A stretch of DNA of 64,000 nucleotides from Candidatus Hydrogenedens sp. (GCA_035361075.1 DAOSBX010000003.1:20359-84358); one strand, 5' to 3'. Counted from the stretch's first letter, positions 51,820 through 61,390 are shown. The notes: generated by a model from the letters alone, not told the origin. Numbers and translations are program-made.

Positions 51820-54033
51820 TTACTTTTGTATTTTGTTTATAAGTTCATTTATTTCCTGTATCTCCTCAGACGTAGGATTACTTTCTTTTGCTTTTTCAAG
51901 CCATAATTTTGCCTGTTCTTGATAGCCATTTTCAATTGCTATATTACATAAAAACATATATCTTTTACTTATTGAATAGGAAATTTTATCTGCATAATTT
52001 TGTGCAGAAGAAAAGTTACTATTGATAACACATTCCCGAACCAATTTTTCCCAAAGTTGGTTATCGTCACCTAAGAAATTTCCCCATCTTTCAATAAATT
52101 CTGTGGACTTATCTAATTTCCCATATATTTTTCCAAGTTTTATTAGAAAATCCTTGTTATTTTGTTCCTTTTGAAATCCAGCAGATAACCACGCCTTAGC
52201 CAATGAAAGTAATCCTTTTTGTTCATAATAATCTGCTATCATTAAGTAAGGCGGGGTAAATGAATCTCCACTTTTTGACAAAGGAACAGGAATATTATTA
52301 AATAGTATTTTTAGTTTCTCATATTGTTTTAACAAATCCTCTTTAGTTTTATCGTCTAACATATCAGAATCCTGTTGTAATACTTCCCATGCCTGTTCAT
52401 AGTTGGATAGTCCCTTTGCAATCTTTAGGAAATTTAATTTTTCCTTTTGATTTAAATTTTTCTCAATTAAATATAAATGCATATATGAGTTATAAATGTG
52501 TATTAGGTCGTCTGGATTATTATTACCTGCCTTTATCTCGCTCTCAATTATTTTTATTTGTTGTCTTATGTTTTCTTTTTCAAAAGGATTCAAACTAATA
52601 GCCCTTTTTATATATTGTCTGGCATCGTCATAACGGTTGTTTTCCAAACATAGCAATGAAATTCCTCTTAACGCCTCTGTATTGTCAGGTTGTAATTCTA
52701 ATAGTGCATTCCATGCTTGCCCTGCTTTATCAATGTACATATCTTTTTTAGGTATTTCTTTACGGGCTTTTTTAGTCAAGATTCGTGCTAAATATTTCCA
52801 AGTTTCTGGATTTGAAGGGTAATTTCCTGCACAAGCCAACCATAATCTTTCTGGGTCACGAAGCTCGTAAGTTAATTGAAAGCTGAATAACGTAAGGGCA
52901 AACAAAATAATGATGAGAAAAATAGTGGTAAAATAGCTAATAATTTTCTTTTCTTCAAAAATATTTTGGAAAACAAAAAAACAAAGAATAACCGAACTTA
53001 AAATTAAAAAATAACTACTATTACACATGCTTAAATCAACTCTTTGGAAAACAGGGTAAATAATGACACTCAAAACCAATACTAAACATGAAAGAAAAGG
53101 CATGGTCTTGGAATTCCGATAAAAATAAAATCCTAATATGAACAAGAAGCAAAGTATCATTACAGTAATGGGTATACTTAGAAAAGACTCTATTCCAAAA
53201 TACTGTAATGGGAAAAAAGAAGTTGGGAAGAGAGTTAATATAAAAAATCCACTAATAGTATTAAAATAGTTGAATGGAAGAGTCGCTTCAAATAAATCTC
53301 TATGATAGTTATAGTTATATAAGGCAAAGAATATAAATGTAGAAAACAAAACACCGAACAGTATTACACCCGAATAAACGATAGTATGTTGAATAGACTC
53401 ATTTTTTGATTTGTATAAGTATGAATAATATAGGACAGGAATAATCATTACAATGCCAATAAAATGACTGAATACTGACAAAATAATTAAGATAATTGAA
53501 TAAAACATGACAGATAAATAAGCTGAGGTATCCTCATCCCTTGTATATAAAAGAGCAAATAAAATTAATGCAAAGAATGAAGAAAGTAAGCCCCCACGAT
53601 TAATAAGGAACGAAGTCGAATATATATTTAGCGGATGAACAAGGAATAAGCATGAAAGTAATAAAGCCAAAATTAAAGAAGTTATAGTTCTACTTTTACG
53701 GGCTAAAAGATTAAAAAGGAGAAGGGTGTTTAATGTATGTAATAACCAATTGATAATGTAATGAAAGGAGGTTATGGAAGAAATTTTTTGGAAAAGAATA
53801 AAAGTAATGTATGTAAAAGGAATGTGTGGTTGGGTTTTGTAAAAATCAATATTTTCGTCAATATGTTTTGGAATTTCTCTAAATATATCTTCATCTTTAC
53901 CAATAAAATCCTTTTGCCACGTTCCAGAAAATAATAAAAGGCTAATAAAAAATAACAAACAACACCCTATTAATAAGATTATATTAGACAGGGGTGTTAT
54001 TTTAGTGTTATTTTGTGGTTGTTGTTGATTCAT
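51820..54033 (-). CDS. Polytopic GT-C/TMTC-like membrane protein with C-terminal TPR array
   Basis: 737 aa with about 11 TMs in the N-terminal 400 aa and an acidic first loop (GKDEDIFREI). The TPR-like repeats include NPETWKYLARIL, NTEALRGISLLCLENNRYDDARQYIKRAISLNP and others. Confidence 0.55.
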   Translation of the reverse strand: MNQQQPQNNTKITPLSNIILLIGCCLLFFISLLLFSGTWQKDFIGKDEDIFREIPKHIDENIDFYKTQPHIPFTYITFILFQKISSITSFHYIINWLLHTLNTLLLFNLLARKSRTITSLILALLLSCLFLVHPLNIYSTSFLINRGGLLSSFFALILFALLYTRDEDTSAYLSVMFYSIILIILSVFSHFIGIVMIIPVLYYSYLYKSKNESIQHTIVYSGVILFGVLFSTFIFFALYNYNYHRDLFEATLPFNYFNTISGFFILTLFPTSFFPLQYFGIESFLSIPITVMILCFLFILGFYFYRNSKTMPFLSCLVLVLSVIIYPVFQRVDLSMCNSSYFLILSSVILCFFVFQNIFEEKKIISYFTTIFLIIILFALTLFSFQLTYELRDPERLWLACAGNYPSNPETWKYLARILTKKARKEIPKKDMYIDKAGQAWNALLELQPDNTEALRGISLLCLENNRYDDARQYIKRAISLNPFEKENIRQQIKIIESEIKAGNNNPDDLIHIYNSYMHLYLIEKNLNQKEKLNFLKIAKGLSNYEQAWEVLQQDSDMLDDKTKEDLLKQYEKLKILFNNIPVPLSKSGDSFTPPYLMIADYYEQKGLLSLAKAWLSAGFQKEQNNKDFLIKLGKIYGKLDKSTEFIERWGNFLGDDNQLWEKLVRECVINSNFSSAQNYADKISYSISKRYMFLCNIAIENGYQEQAKLWLEKAKESNPTSEEIQEINELINKIQK

Positions 54034-54075
54034 TTTTCTAAATTTAGTATATCTATTTTTTTGAGAAGTAAGGGA

Positions 54076-56223
54076 TTATGTTCCCAATGATAATAAATAC
54101 CCAATATGAAAAACAATCAATGAAACTAAAAAAGCAATAGAGGTTGAGAAAAATAAAGAAAAAATAGGCCAGCGAATACTCCTTGTTTCTCTTCCAATAG
54201 TAACTAATGTTGCTATACAAGGGGAATAGAGCATTACAAATACCATCATAGTAAACGCACGTAGCGGATACCAATCATTACTGGTAGATATAATTGTAGA
54301 AAGTGATTCTGGTTCATCGTCATTTTCTTCGTTGTCTATGCTATAAACTGTTGCCAAACTACCGACAATGACTTCTTTAGCTGCCATTCCACCAATAAGA
54401 GCGATATTTACTTTCCAGTCGAATCCTATATGTTTTGTTAGGGGTTCTATAGTTTTACCTAAAACACCCGCAATACTATGTTCAATTTTATTTCCTGTTT
54501 GTGTTGCGACCCGTTGATGTGGAAGAGGCATATAAAACAATGCCCACATAATAATATTTACTGCTAAAATTAAAGTTCCTGCTTTTCGAATATACATCCA
54601 TGTACGTCCCCATGTATGTCTAAAAACGCTTCTGAACACTGGGATATGATATGGAGGTAGTTCCAATACAAATGGAGTTTGTTCTCCATGTATGATAAAG
54701 CGACTAAGCACAAAGGCACTGATAAGAGCCACAACCCAAGAAAGTAACCATAAAATTAGCATAACGAGGGTGCGATATTGCTGGAAAAAAGCACCTATCA
54801 GCAAAGCATAAACAGGCAATTTCGCACCGCAACTCATGAAAGGAACAACAAGCATAGTTACAATTTTATCTTTCCGTTCATGGAGCGTTCTGGTTGCAAG
54901 AATTCCAGGTACAGCACAACCACCAGCCCCAAGTCCACCAGAAATTATTAAGGCTAATATAGACCTACCTTGTAATCCAAAAGTGCGCATAAGGCGGTCT
55001 AATATAAAAGCTATCCGTGCAACATACCCAGTGTCCTCTAAACTGGATATTAAGAAAAATAGTACAAAAATAAGCGGGATAAAACTTAATACTGCTCCTA
55101 CACCACCAATAATGCCATCTGTTATCAAAGAATGGATGGCTGGATATTTAGGTTCAAGAAATGTAAACTGCACGGAAATAATTTTAAATATTTCTTCAAA
55201 TAATTCAATAGGACTAACCCATCCTGTTGGTAAAGGCAACCATTTCCACTCCTGAGTTGTTTTGAAAACAATAAAAAATAAAGAACCAACCACCCCTAAT
55301 AAAAGAAAAGGTCCTACAATACGATTACACACAATATTGTCTATCTGGTCTGTTATGTTCTGCTTTGCTTCTCCAGTGTAACTTACACATTCCCTAATTG
55401 CACCCGAAGCAAAACCATATCTCCTTTGAGAAATAACTACTGAGGAGTCTTCGTTTTCATGTTGTTCTATTTCCTTAATCCCTTTTTCTACTTCCTTATG
55501 TATTTCTTTTAATTCACTCTCAGAAATAAAAGTGTCCAAGTAATGAGTGACTTCAAAGTCCTTTTCCAATAACTTTATAGCGAACCAACGTGATTTCGTT
55601 TTTTCTTCGTTAGGAAGGAATTCGGAGATAATTTCGGATAAAGATTCAACAACAGAGTCGACTTCATGTCCGTAAATCACTGGTTTAGGTAAAATGGATG
55701 TATTGTTAGTTATAAAAGAATAAATAATCTGCTTTAGTTCAGCAATTCCTTCCCCTTGGTTTGCTACGGTTGGAATTACAGGGATATTCAGAATGCGAGA
55801 CAATTGCTTATGGTCAATAAGGATACCCCGTTTTCGTGCTATATCACTCATATTTAAGGCTATAATGAAAGGCTTTCCCAATTCTATTATTTGAGTCGTT
55901 AAATAAAGATTCCGTTCCAGATTTAATGAATCAACAACATTGATAATTAAATCTATATCTGATTTTAAAATTTGATTCCTTGCAATCTTTTCCTCTTCTG
56001 TGTATGGTGTCAGCGAATAAATTCCAGGTAAATCTTCAATCAGGATTTTTATTCCATTAATCTCAAATGAACCTAACTTCCGTTCTACGGTAACCCCAGG
56101 ATAATTACTTACTTCTTGTAGTCCCCCAGTTATCTCATTAAAAATAGAACTTTTCCCCGAGTTTGGATTTCCGACAATAATTATTCGTGGTTGTTTTGAA
56201 GAGGCTCGACGAGAATATGCCAT
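54076..56223 (-). CDS. feoB: Ferrous iron transporter FeoB
   Basis: G-domain motifs IIIVGNPNSGKSSIFN and DLPGIYSL, followed by a large polytopic gate domain. Sits in feoA-feoB synteny. Confidence 0.95.
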   Translation of the reverse strand: MAYSRRASSKQPRIIIVGNPNSGKSSIFNEITGGLQEVSNYPGVTVERKLGSFEINGIKILIEDLPGIYSLTPYTEEEKIARNQILKSDIDLIINVVDSLNLERNLYLTTQIIELGKPFIIALNMSDIARKRGILIDHKQLSRILNIPVIPTVANQGEGIAELKQIIYSFITNNTSILPKPVIYGHEVDSVVESLSEIISEFLPNEEKTKSRWFAIKLLEKDFEVTHYLDTFISESELKEIHKEVEKGIKEIEQHENEDSSVVISQRRYGFASGAIRECVSYTGEAKQNITDQIDNIVCNRIVGPFLLLGVVGSLFFIVFKTTQEWKWLPLPTGWVSPIELFEEIFKIISVQFTFLEPKYPAIHSLITDGIIGGVGAVLSFIPLIFVLFFLISSLEDTGYVARIAFILDRLMRTFGLQGRSILALIISGGLGAGGCAVPGILATRTLHERKDKIVTMLVVPFMSCGAKLPVYALLIGAFFQQYRTLVMLILWLLSWVVALISAFVLSRFIIHGEQTPFVLELPPYHIPVFRSVFRHTWGRTWMYIRKAGTLILAVNIIMWALFYMPLPHQRVATQTGNKIEHSIAGVLGKTIEPLTKHIGFDWKVNIALIGGMAAKEVIVGSLATVYSIDNEENDDEPESLSTIISTSNDWYPLRAFTMMVFVMLYSPCIATLVTIGRETRSIRWPIFSLFFSTSIAFLVSLIVFHIGYLLSLGT

Positions 56224-56474
56224 GCATCTTTTCTCCGTAACGCGAGGAAATATCCTTTCAGTTCAATTTCTATTGGGTCTCCTAATGGAGCCTCTCGGCT
56301 AACTTTTACTTCTGTTCCAGGTGTTAAGCCCAAGTCTAATAACCTTTTTCTATATGTCGGGGGACCGCCTCTTATCCCTATCACTTTAGCAAGTTGTCCC
56401 TCTTTTAAATCACTAAGTCTTGGAGTATATCCTTGTAGTTTATGTTTACACGGATTATTGGATGATGGTTCCAT
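56181..56474 (-). CDS. feoA: FeoA-family protein
   Basis: 97 aa with an SH3-like FeoA pattern: LSDLKEGQLAKVIGI...RKRLLDLGLTPGTEVKV...PLGDPIEIELKGYFLALRRKDA. Its 3' end overlaps the feoB start by 43 nt. Confidence 0.85.
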   Translation of the reverse strand: MEPSSNNPCKHKLQGYTPRLSDLKEGQLAKVIGIRGGPPTYRKRLLDLGLTPGTEVKVSREAPLGDPIEIELKGYFLALRRKDAWHILVEPLQNNHE

Positions 56475-56685
56475 TTTTATTCACGCTCTCCTTTAATATA
56501 GCACCTATTTTCACTTCAGAAGGGAATTTTTGACATGTACACTTTATTGTTTGAATATATGGACATTCTTGACATTGATAGGGATTACATTCTATACATC
56601 TACTCTTTAAATTTCGTCTAATTATGGTATATAAATAAATCGAAGCCATTACTAATGCGCATGTGATAATTAAATACTCAATCAT
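56455..56685 (-). CDS. FeoB-associated Cys-rich small membrane protein (tentative)
   Basis: 76 aa with one N-terminal TM (LIITCALVMASIYLY) followed by CIECNPYQCQECPYIQTIKCTC. It overlaps both dtxR-like (8 nt) and feoA (20 nt). Confidence 0.55.
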   Translation of the reverse strand: MIEYLIITCALVMASIYLYTIIRRNLKSRCIECNPYQCQECPYIQTIKCTCQKFPSEVKIGAILKESVNKNGTIIQ

Positions 56686-57145
56686 TTATGGTTTCCCCAA
56701 TATTTTTAGTTGAATTTTGCATGCCAAAGGATGAAGGTGATGAATTGTCCTCTATGAATCGAGTCATTTTTTTAGCAACCTTATCTAAAATAAGATGTTC
56801 AATAAGGCATGCTTGCTTTGTAGCGGTTTCTTTGTCTAATTGAAGATATGAATAAAAAAAATGGCACAACATATTGAAATTACTATTTACTTCTGCTAAT
56901 TGTTTTTTACCGCGATTAGTTAATTCAAGATAACGGTGAGGCAATTTTTCGACAACCCAATTTAAATCTTTTAAGTGTGACAATGCTATACACACGGCAC
57001 TTCTTGACACCCCTAATAAAGAAGCCACATCAGTTGCTCTTGCAAAACCATTTCTTTCATTTAAATCTTGAATTGCCCAAAGATAGTGAATTCGGGAATG
57101 CGTCAGCTTTTTTGATTTAGGATATTTTAATCGATGTATTTCCAT
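56678..57145 (-). CDS. DtxR/MntR-family metal-dependent transcriptional regulator
   Basis: 155 aa with a winged HTH (HYLWAIQDLNERNGFARATDVASLLGVSRSAVCIALSHLKDLNWV) and a dimerisation helix region. It is the first gene of the feo operon. Confidence 0.8.
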   Translation of the reverse strand: MEIHRLKYPKSKKLTHSRIHYLWAIQDLNERNGFARATDVASLLGVSRSAVCIALSHLKDLNWVVEKLPHRYLELTNRGKKQLAEVNSNFNMLCHFFYSYLQLDKETATKQACLIEHLILDKVAKKMTRFIEDNSSPSSFGMQNSTKNIGETIND

Positions 57146-57156
57146 GTTATTCTTTA

Positions 57157-57176
57157 TTGTTAAGTATATTTAACAA
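57157..57176 (-). promoter_or_regulatory. Candidate operator: inverted repeat TTGTTAA-N6-TTAACAA immediately upstream of the dtxR-like gene
   Basis: TTGTTAAGTATATTTAACAA has perfect 7-bp arms and ends 11 nt from the ATG at 57145. The position suits autoregulation or metal control of the dtxR-feo operon. No match to a known DtxR box is claimed. Confidence 0.3.
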
Positions 57177-57217
57177 ACTAACAAAAAAAATATAAGAATA
57201 ATTTCAAGATACAAAAA

Positions 57218-57294
57218 TGGCGGAGACGACGAGACTTGAACTCGCGACCTCTGCCGTGACAGGGCAGCGTTCTAACCAACTGAACTACGTCTCC
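57218..57294 (-). tRNA. tRNA-Asp (anticodon GTC), CCA encoded
   Basis: The reverse complement folds as a 77-nt cloverleaf: GGAGACG-TA-GTTC-AGTTGGTTA-GAAC-G-CTGCC-CTGTCAC-GGCAG-AGGTC-GCGAG-TTCAAGT-CTCGT-CGTCTCC-G-CCA. The anticodon loop CT-GTC-AC gives Asp. Confidence 0.9.
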
Positions 57295-57345
57295 GCTTGG
57301 CTATTATTATAATATATCCTACATTTTCTATTCAACTAATGAAAT

Positions 57346-58815
57346 TTATGAAGTGCCTGCTATGCTGTTGCCATCTTTATCTATTGCTATACCAGATGGG
57401 GATATATTCCATTTATAGTGCTTACTCTTTTCAATGAATTCAGTCTCTGTTAAAGCAAAAGCAGGACTTATTTCGATAAAAAAGGTTTCGTTATTCTGCA
57501 TCATGTTTTGGATTTGATAGCCTGCTTTTTCGAGCCATTGTCCCCAAAAAGCATTCATGCTTTTTCTCGCCTCTACTACGCTGTTTTTCCCATCATACTG
57601 TTTTATTGGTGTGTATTCGCCTAACCTTCCAATTTCTACTGCGACAGGAGCATGGCTTGTATAACGTAATGCATCGAATATAAATGTTTCAAACTTGTAG
57701 CCATTTGGTTGGGATGGTTTTAATAAATGACCATTCTCATCAATATAAGGTATTTTTTTATGTGCCTTATGCCATGGAAAATCCTTAAATTTATTGTATA
57801 CTTTTTTTACAAATTCAAGAGAGATAATATGCATTGCAGGGTTTCCTGCAAAAAACTTTATACTCCCGTCAATGTCTAATTCGAGTAATTGTGGGTAAAT
57901 ATCCAGTTCAGAATATTCAATAACCCGATATACACCATCGCAAAGACAGTGAACGCCTACAGGTTCCCTGAGGTCTGATTTTCGGATAATTTTGGAGGAC
58001 ATCTCTGCGTTATTCAAAACATGGTAGCCTATAAAACGTGGGTCTGCAACCTTTACAGCCCAATTATCCACCTGAAAGTAACTTAAGATTTCCACCCCTC
58101 TACCTTTTGCGTCATCAATAACATCTTGTTCAATAATAGTCTGTATTGTGCCCCCATGTCCATTTGGATTCATTGCTATTGAATATGGAGAATCCAGAAT
58201 AAATTTTCCAGTCTCATCGAGACAAGGCACCATAGGTTGAACAGGGAAATAAACATTTTTAGGATTTAATCCAAAGTAATTATTTTTTTCGAAAAATGCT
58301 GTTGTTTCTTTTTTATTCCATTCGCTAACCATGATATACAGAGGTATATCACAGTTATATTTCTTCTGCAAATTAATAACCTTTTCTACATGATATTGAA
58401 AGAGAGATTTACCCGTAATCGGACCGATGGGATAGGTCCCTTTAGGACCATCAAATCCTAATCGTGTTCCCTGCCCACCTGCGACAAGAAATAGACCTAC
58501 TTTACCATTTCGTAGTGTCTCTTCTCCACATTCGTATGCTTCACGCTCTTTTGAATTTTCCGAGTCCATTAATGGGATTATCGGTATTGGAATAATCTGG
58601 CTAAATACTTCTGGTTCTGGAGTTGTCAAAATCCATTTATTTGCAAGATTTGCCATTAACTCAAAATCGATTTTCGCTAATTGGTTTATTAAATGGTTCC
58701 GCTGTGAATTGTTTAAGTTCTCCCAGAACTTAAAAACATGCTCTTGCCCAAATTTGAAAACGTTGTCTCGTATTTCCTTTTCTTTTTCTGGTGCAATGAT
58801 TAATTGAGTATTCAT
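57346..58815 (-). CDS. UDPGP-family UDP-sugar / UDP-N-acetylhexosamine pyrophosphorylase (eukaryote-type, UAP1-like)
   Basis: 489 aa. Motifs: LVAGGQGTRLGFDGPKGTYPIG, MNPNGHGG, YFQVDN, and a C-terminal beta-helix-like tail. Confidence 0.8.
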   Translation of the reverse strand: MNTQLIIAPEKEKEIRDNVFKFGQEHVFKFWENLNNSQRNHLINQLAKIDFELMANLANKWILTTPEPEVFSQIIPIPIIPLMDSENSKEREAYECGEETLRNGKVGLFLVAGGQGTRLGFDGPKGTYPIGPITGKSLFQYHVEKVINLQKKYNCDIPLYIMVSEWNKKETTAFFEKNNYFGLNPKNVYFPVQPMVPCLDETGKFILDSPYSIAMNPNGHGGTIQTIIEQDVIDDAKGRGVEILSYFQVDNWAVKVADPRFIGYHVLNNAEMSSKIIRKSDLREPVGVHCLCDGVYRVIEYSELDIYPQLLELDIDGSIKFFAGNPAMHIISLEFVKKVYNKFKDFPWHKAHKKIPYIDENGHLLKPSQPNGYKFETFIFDALRYTSHAPVAVEIGRLGEYTPIKQYDGKNSVVEARKSMNAFWGQWLEKAGYQIQNMMQNNETFFIEISPAFALTETEFIEKSKHYKWNISPSGIAIDKDGNSIAGTS

Positions 58816-58816
58816 T

Positions 58817-59197
58817 TTACCAATATGGACTCCATGCTTTACCGTATTTATTCATTTCTTGTCGTTGTTTATAATTTGGGAGCAAACCAGGTTTGCACCC
58901 TTCTGTGATTTCATATTTTGAACCACATCCATCACATATTCCATAATCAAAACCAGGTTGTTCTAATGGTTCTTCACACCTCGGACAGACAGGTTGAAAC
59001 CGTTTATAAACCTCCTGAAGATTAGGAAATTCTAATCCACAACATGGACATGTTGTCATGTGTGATATTCGACGCCATGCCCGTGAGAACATTCGGTCTC
59101 CATTGCAAATGCGACAGTAAATCTGTCTGCCTGGAATAGGTCTGACCTCTTCCTTCGTCGGTTTCTTTTCAGAATTTCCCCAACCAAATAACGGCAT
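58817..59197 (-). CDS. Cytoplasmic double zinc-ribbon protein, function unknown
   Basis: 126 aa with four CxxC pairs: CRIC...CPCC and CPRC...CDGC. It lies 1 nt upstream of the pyrophosphorylase gene. Confidence 0.6.
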   Translation of the reverse strand: MPLFGWGNSEKKPTKEEVRPIPGRQIYCRICNGDRMFSRAWRRISHMTTCPCCGLEFPNLQEVYKRFQPVCPRCEEPLEQPGFDYGICDGCGSKYEITEGCKPGLLPNYKQRQEMNKYGKAWSPYW

Positions 59198-59201
59198 ATT
59201 T

Positions 59202-60335
59202 CTATTCCTGAACTCCTAATGTAAGTGTTTTTAACAATACATGTTCATTATATTCTTTTCCATTAACACGGAGTTTCAAGTCAAGCACTCCAGAGGTGCC
59301 TTTTTCTATCCCTTTAGGCATAACTTCTATTTTGAGTCCCGTTGTATTAGAGAGAATATTTTGAATAGTAAAAATATCAGGGATAAATTGATGTGAAATA
59401 ACCTCTATCGTTTCCGTTTCTGTTTCTGGCAAAATTTCGATTATATTCTTCATCGGGATATTTGATGGTGTAGGCATGATATTTAACGGTTTCGGAAATG
59501 GATAGTTTATTTTATAGGGTGCAATTACTGAACCTTTGACTTTTAATGGGACTTCTGGAAATCGGTCAATATTTGTGCTTAAAAAGAATTCTCGTGTAAA
59601 TTCACCTGGGGAAAGTTTCGGAGTTGTTTTTATGGTTAGCATGTATTCAATTGGCTCTTCTGATTTTATCTTTACCAAATCAGGAATCAAATCACTCTCT
59701 ATGTTTTCTGGAAGATTCCTTTCATATATTTTAAAAATCTCTAATGGTTTCTTCATGAACTTTTGCGTTATATGAATCTTTTGTTCTAATAATGTTCCCT
59801 TTTGAAAATTACCAAACTGAACTTCTTCCGGTTCAAAAATAAATTCTGGCTCAATATGAGCCTTTACTTTAAGTTCTAACACTGGGTTTTTGTAATCGTT
59901 TGAGAAAATGGTGAGTGTCTTTTCTGAATAAAATCCCACAACACGAGATGGATAGATTGTAATAAGAATATATCCTTCGCCATTAGGAGGTATTACATTT
60001 TGTCCTGCAGGAATGGTACCCTGTGTGCAGGCACAGGATGTGCGAATATCTTTCAAACTTAATACCGCCTTACCTCTATTAAAGACTTTTAACTTTTTTG
60101 TCGTTTCTACATCGTTAGGAACAGTTCCCATATCAAAAATAGAACCTGTTTCTAACTCAATTTGGGCAGTTTCACCTTGATTTGAACCCAGAGGTGGTAA
60201 AGAAGGTTGATACGGACTTTCAATCTGATTTTCTTCCGACCTTTGTTGTTGCGATTTTACAACAATGAACAAAACAAAGAGACAACATAGAAAAAGAACA
60301 GAAAAAACAATATATTGCGTTCTAAAAATTTTCAT
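59202..60335 (-). CDS. Membrane-anchored DUF1573-domain protein with additional Ig-like (PapD-like) repeats
   Basis: 377 aa with an N-terminal anchor. The DUF1573 core is FDMGTVPNDVETTKKLKVFNRGKAVLSLKDIRTSCACT, followed by two further beta-sandwich-like segments. Confidence 0.75.
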   Translation of the reverse strand: MKIFRTQYIVFSVLFLCCLFVLFIVVKSQQQRSEENQIESPYQPSLPPLGSNQGETAQIELETGSIFDMGTVPNDVETTKKLKVFNRGKAVLSLKDIRTSCACTQGTIPAGQNVIPPNGEGYILITIYPSRVVGFYSEKTLTIFSNDYKNPVLELKVKAHIEPEFIFEPEEVQFGNFQKGTLLEQKIHITQKFMKKPLEIFKIYERNLPENIESDLIPDLVKIKSEEPIEYMLTIKTTPKLSPGEFTREFFLSTNIDRFPEVPLKVKGSVIAPYKINYPFPKPLNIMPTPSNIPMKNIIEILPETETETIEVISHQFIPDIFTIQNILSNTTGLKIEVMPKGIEKGTSGVLDLKLRVNGKEYNEHVLLKTLTLGVQE

Positions 60336-60345
60336 AAGGAAACAT

Positions 60346-61356
60346 TCAAAGCGATTTTAAGATTATTTTATACTTCTTTTCAAACGTTTCTAATCCAATC
60401 TCCAATTGTTGGTAAATGTCCTCATTAATAGGGAAATCAAGTTCCATCCCTAATAAGAGAGCACCAACCACTGGTTCATATATAGGCATAACTGGAACTG
60501 CAAGCGGACATTCACGATGTATAACGGTTGTCATAGCATCTTTTAATACAGGGCTTATCCCCTTAAAAACACTTCCCGCCATAACCACATCAAAGGCATA
60601 TCTTGTCATGTCTAAAATTCGGGCACACGCATTAACCATTTCCCCTAAATAGCGACCTCCCCATTCCAAAATATCCGATGCAGTAGCATCCCCTTCATAG
60701 GCAGCATCAAAAACAAGCTTTGCCATCGGCTCTAAATCAAGATATGTCAGATTCCTCTTATACATTCGATAAAACAGTTCATCAACATCTTTACAACCTG
60801 ATTTTTCCAAAAACTTATCTACTAATTTGGTGTAACCTATAATCTTATCTCGGTATCTCCAAACCGCACGTAATCCTTCCTGCCCTATACTTGACCCACT
60901 TACCTTATCTCCAAACTCCTCACTTATTCCGCCAACTCTCGCTTCTTTTCCCTCTTTATTCTTACCAGCACATACACAGCCTGTTCCACATGCGATTACA
61001 ATACCGAATGGTTTTTTTGTTCCACCACGAAGCCCAGCCATCGAATCATTTCGAAAACATCGTGGTATATCCCCAAACATAGGCGTAAATATTTCATTTT
61101 CTAACATAACATAATCTTCTGGAATATCTGCCCCTGCTATTCCCATACCTATTCCGTTTATATCCGAAAGCGTTAATCCTGCTTCTGTTAATGCGGATGT
61201 TATGGCTTTATTTATTTCTTCTTTTGCTGATTCCACTCCATAAGCTTCATAATTCCCAGCTCCAGCTCTGCCAAAACCTAATATTTTTCCTGTTTCGTCT
61301 CCTATTAATACAAATGTTTTTGTGCCACCTGCATCGATACCTAAATAATACCTCAT
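60346..61356 (-). CDS. BadF/BadG/BcrA/BcrD-type ATPase, N-acetylglucosamine kinase-like
   Basis: 336 aa. The phosphate-1 motif is YLGIDAGGTKT, followed by the IGMGIAGAD and ACGTGC motifs of the ASKHA sugar-kinase fold. Confidence 0.75.
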   Translation of the reverse strand: MRYYLGIDAGGTKTFVLIGDETGKILGFGRAGAGNYEAYGVESAKEEINKAITSALTEAGLTLSDINGIGMGIAGADIPEDYVMLENEIFTPMFGDIPRCFRNDSMAGLRGGTKKPFGIVIACGTGCVCAGKNKEGKEARVGGISEEFGDKVSGSSIGQEGLRAVWRYRDKIIGYTKLVDKFLEKSGCKDVDELFYRMYKRNLTYLDLEPMAKLVFDAAYEGDATASDILEWGGRYLGEMVNACARILDMTRYAFDVVMAGSVFKGISPVLKDAMTTVIHRECPLAVPVMPIYEPVVGALLLGMELDFPINEDIYQQLEIGLETFEKKYKIILKSL

Positions 61357-61390
61357 AGTTAATTCCTCTTATTTTTTAGTTGCTTTACAC

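Noticed and set aside
54836-55255. 139-aa ORF on the + strand, antisense to feoB
   Set aside because: It lies entirely inside the well-supported feoB CDS. Its low-complexity Pro/Ser/Ile composition mirrors the Gly/Ala/Ile-rich membrane segments on the other strand. It has no RBS and no recognisable motif.
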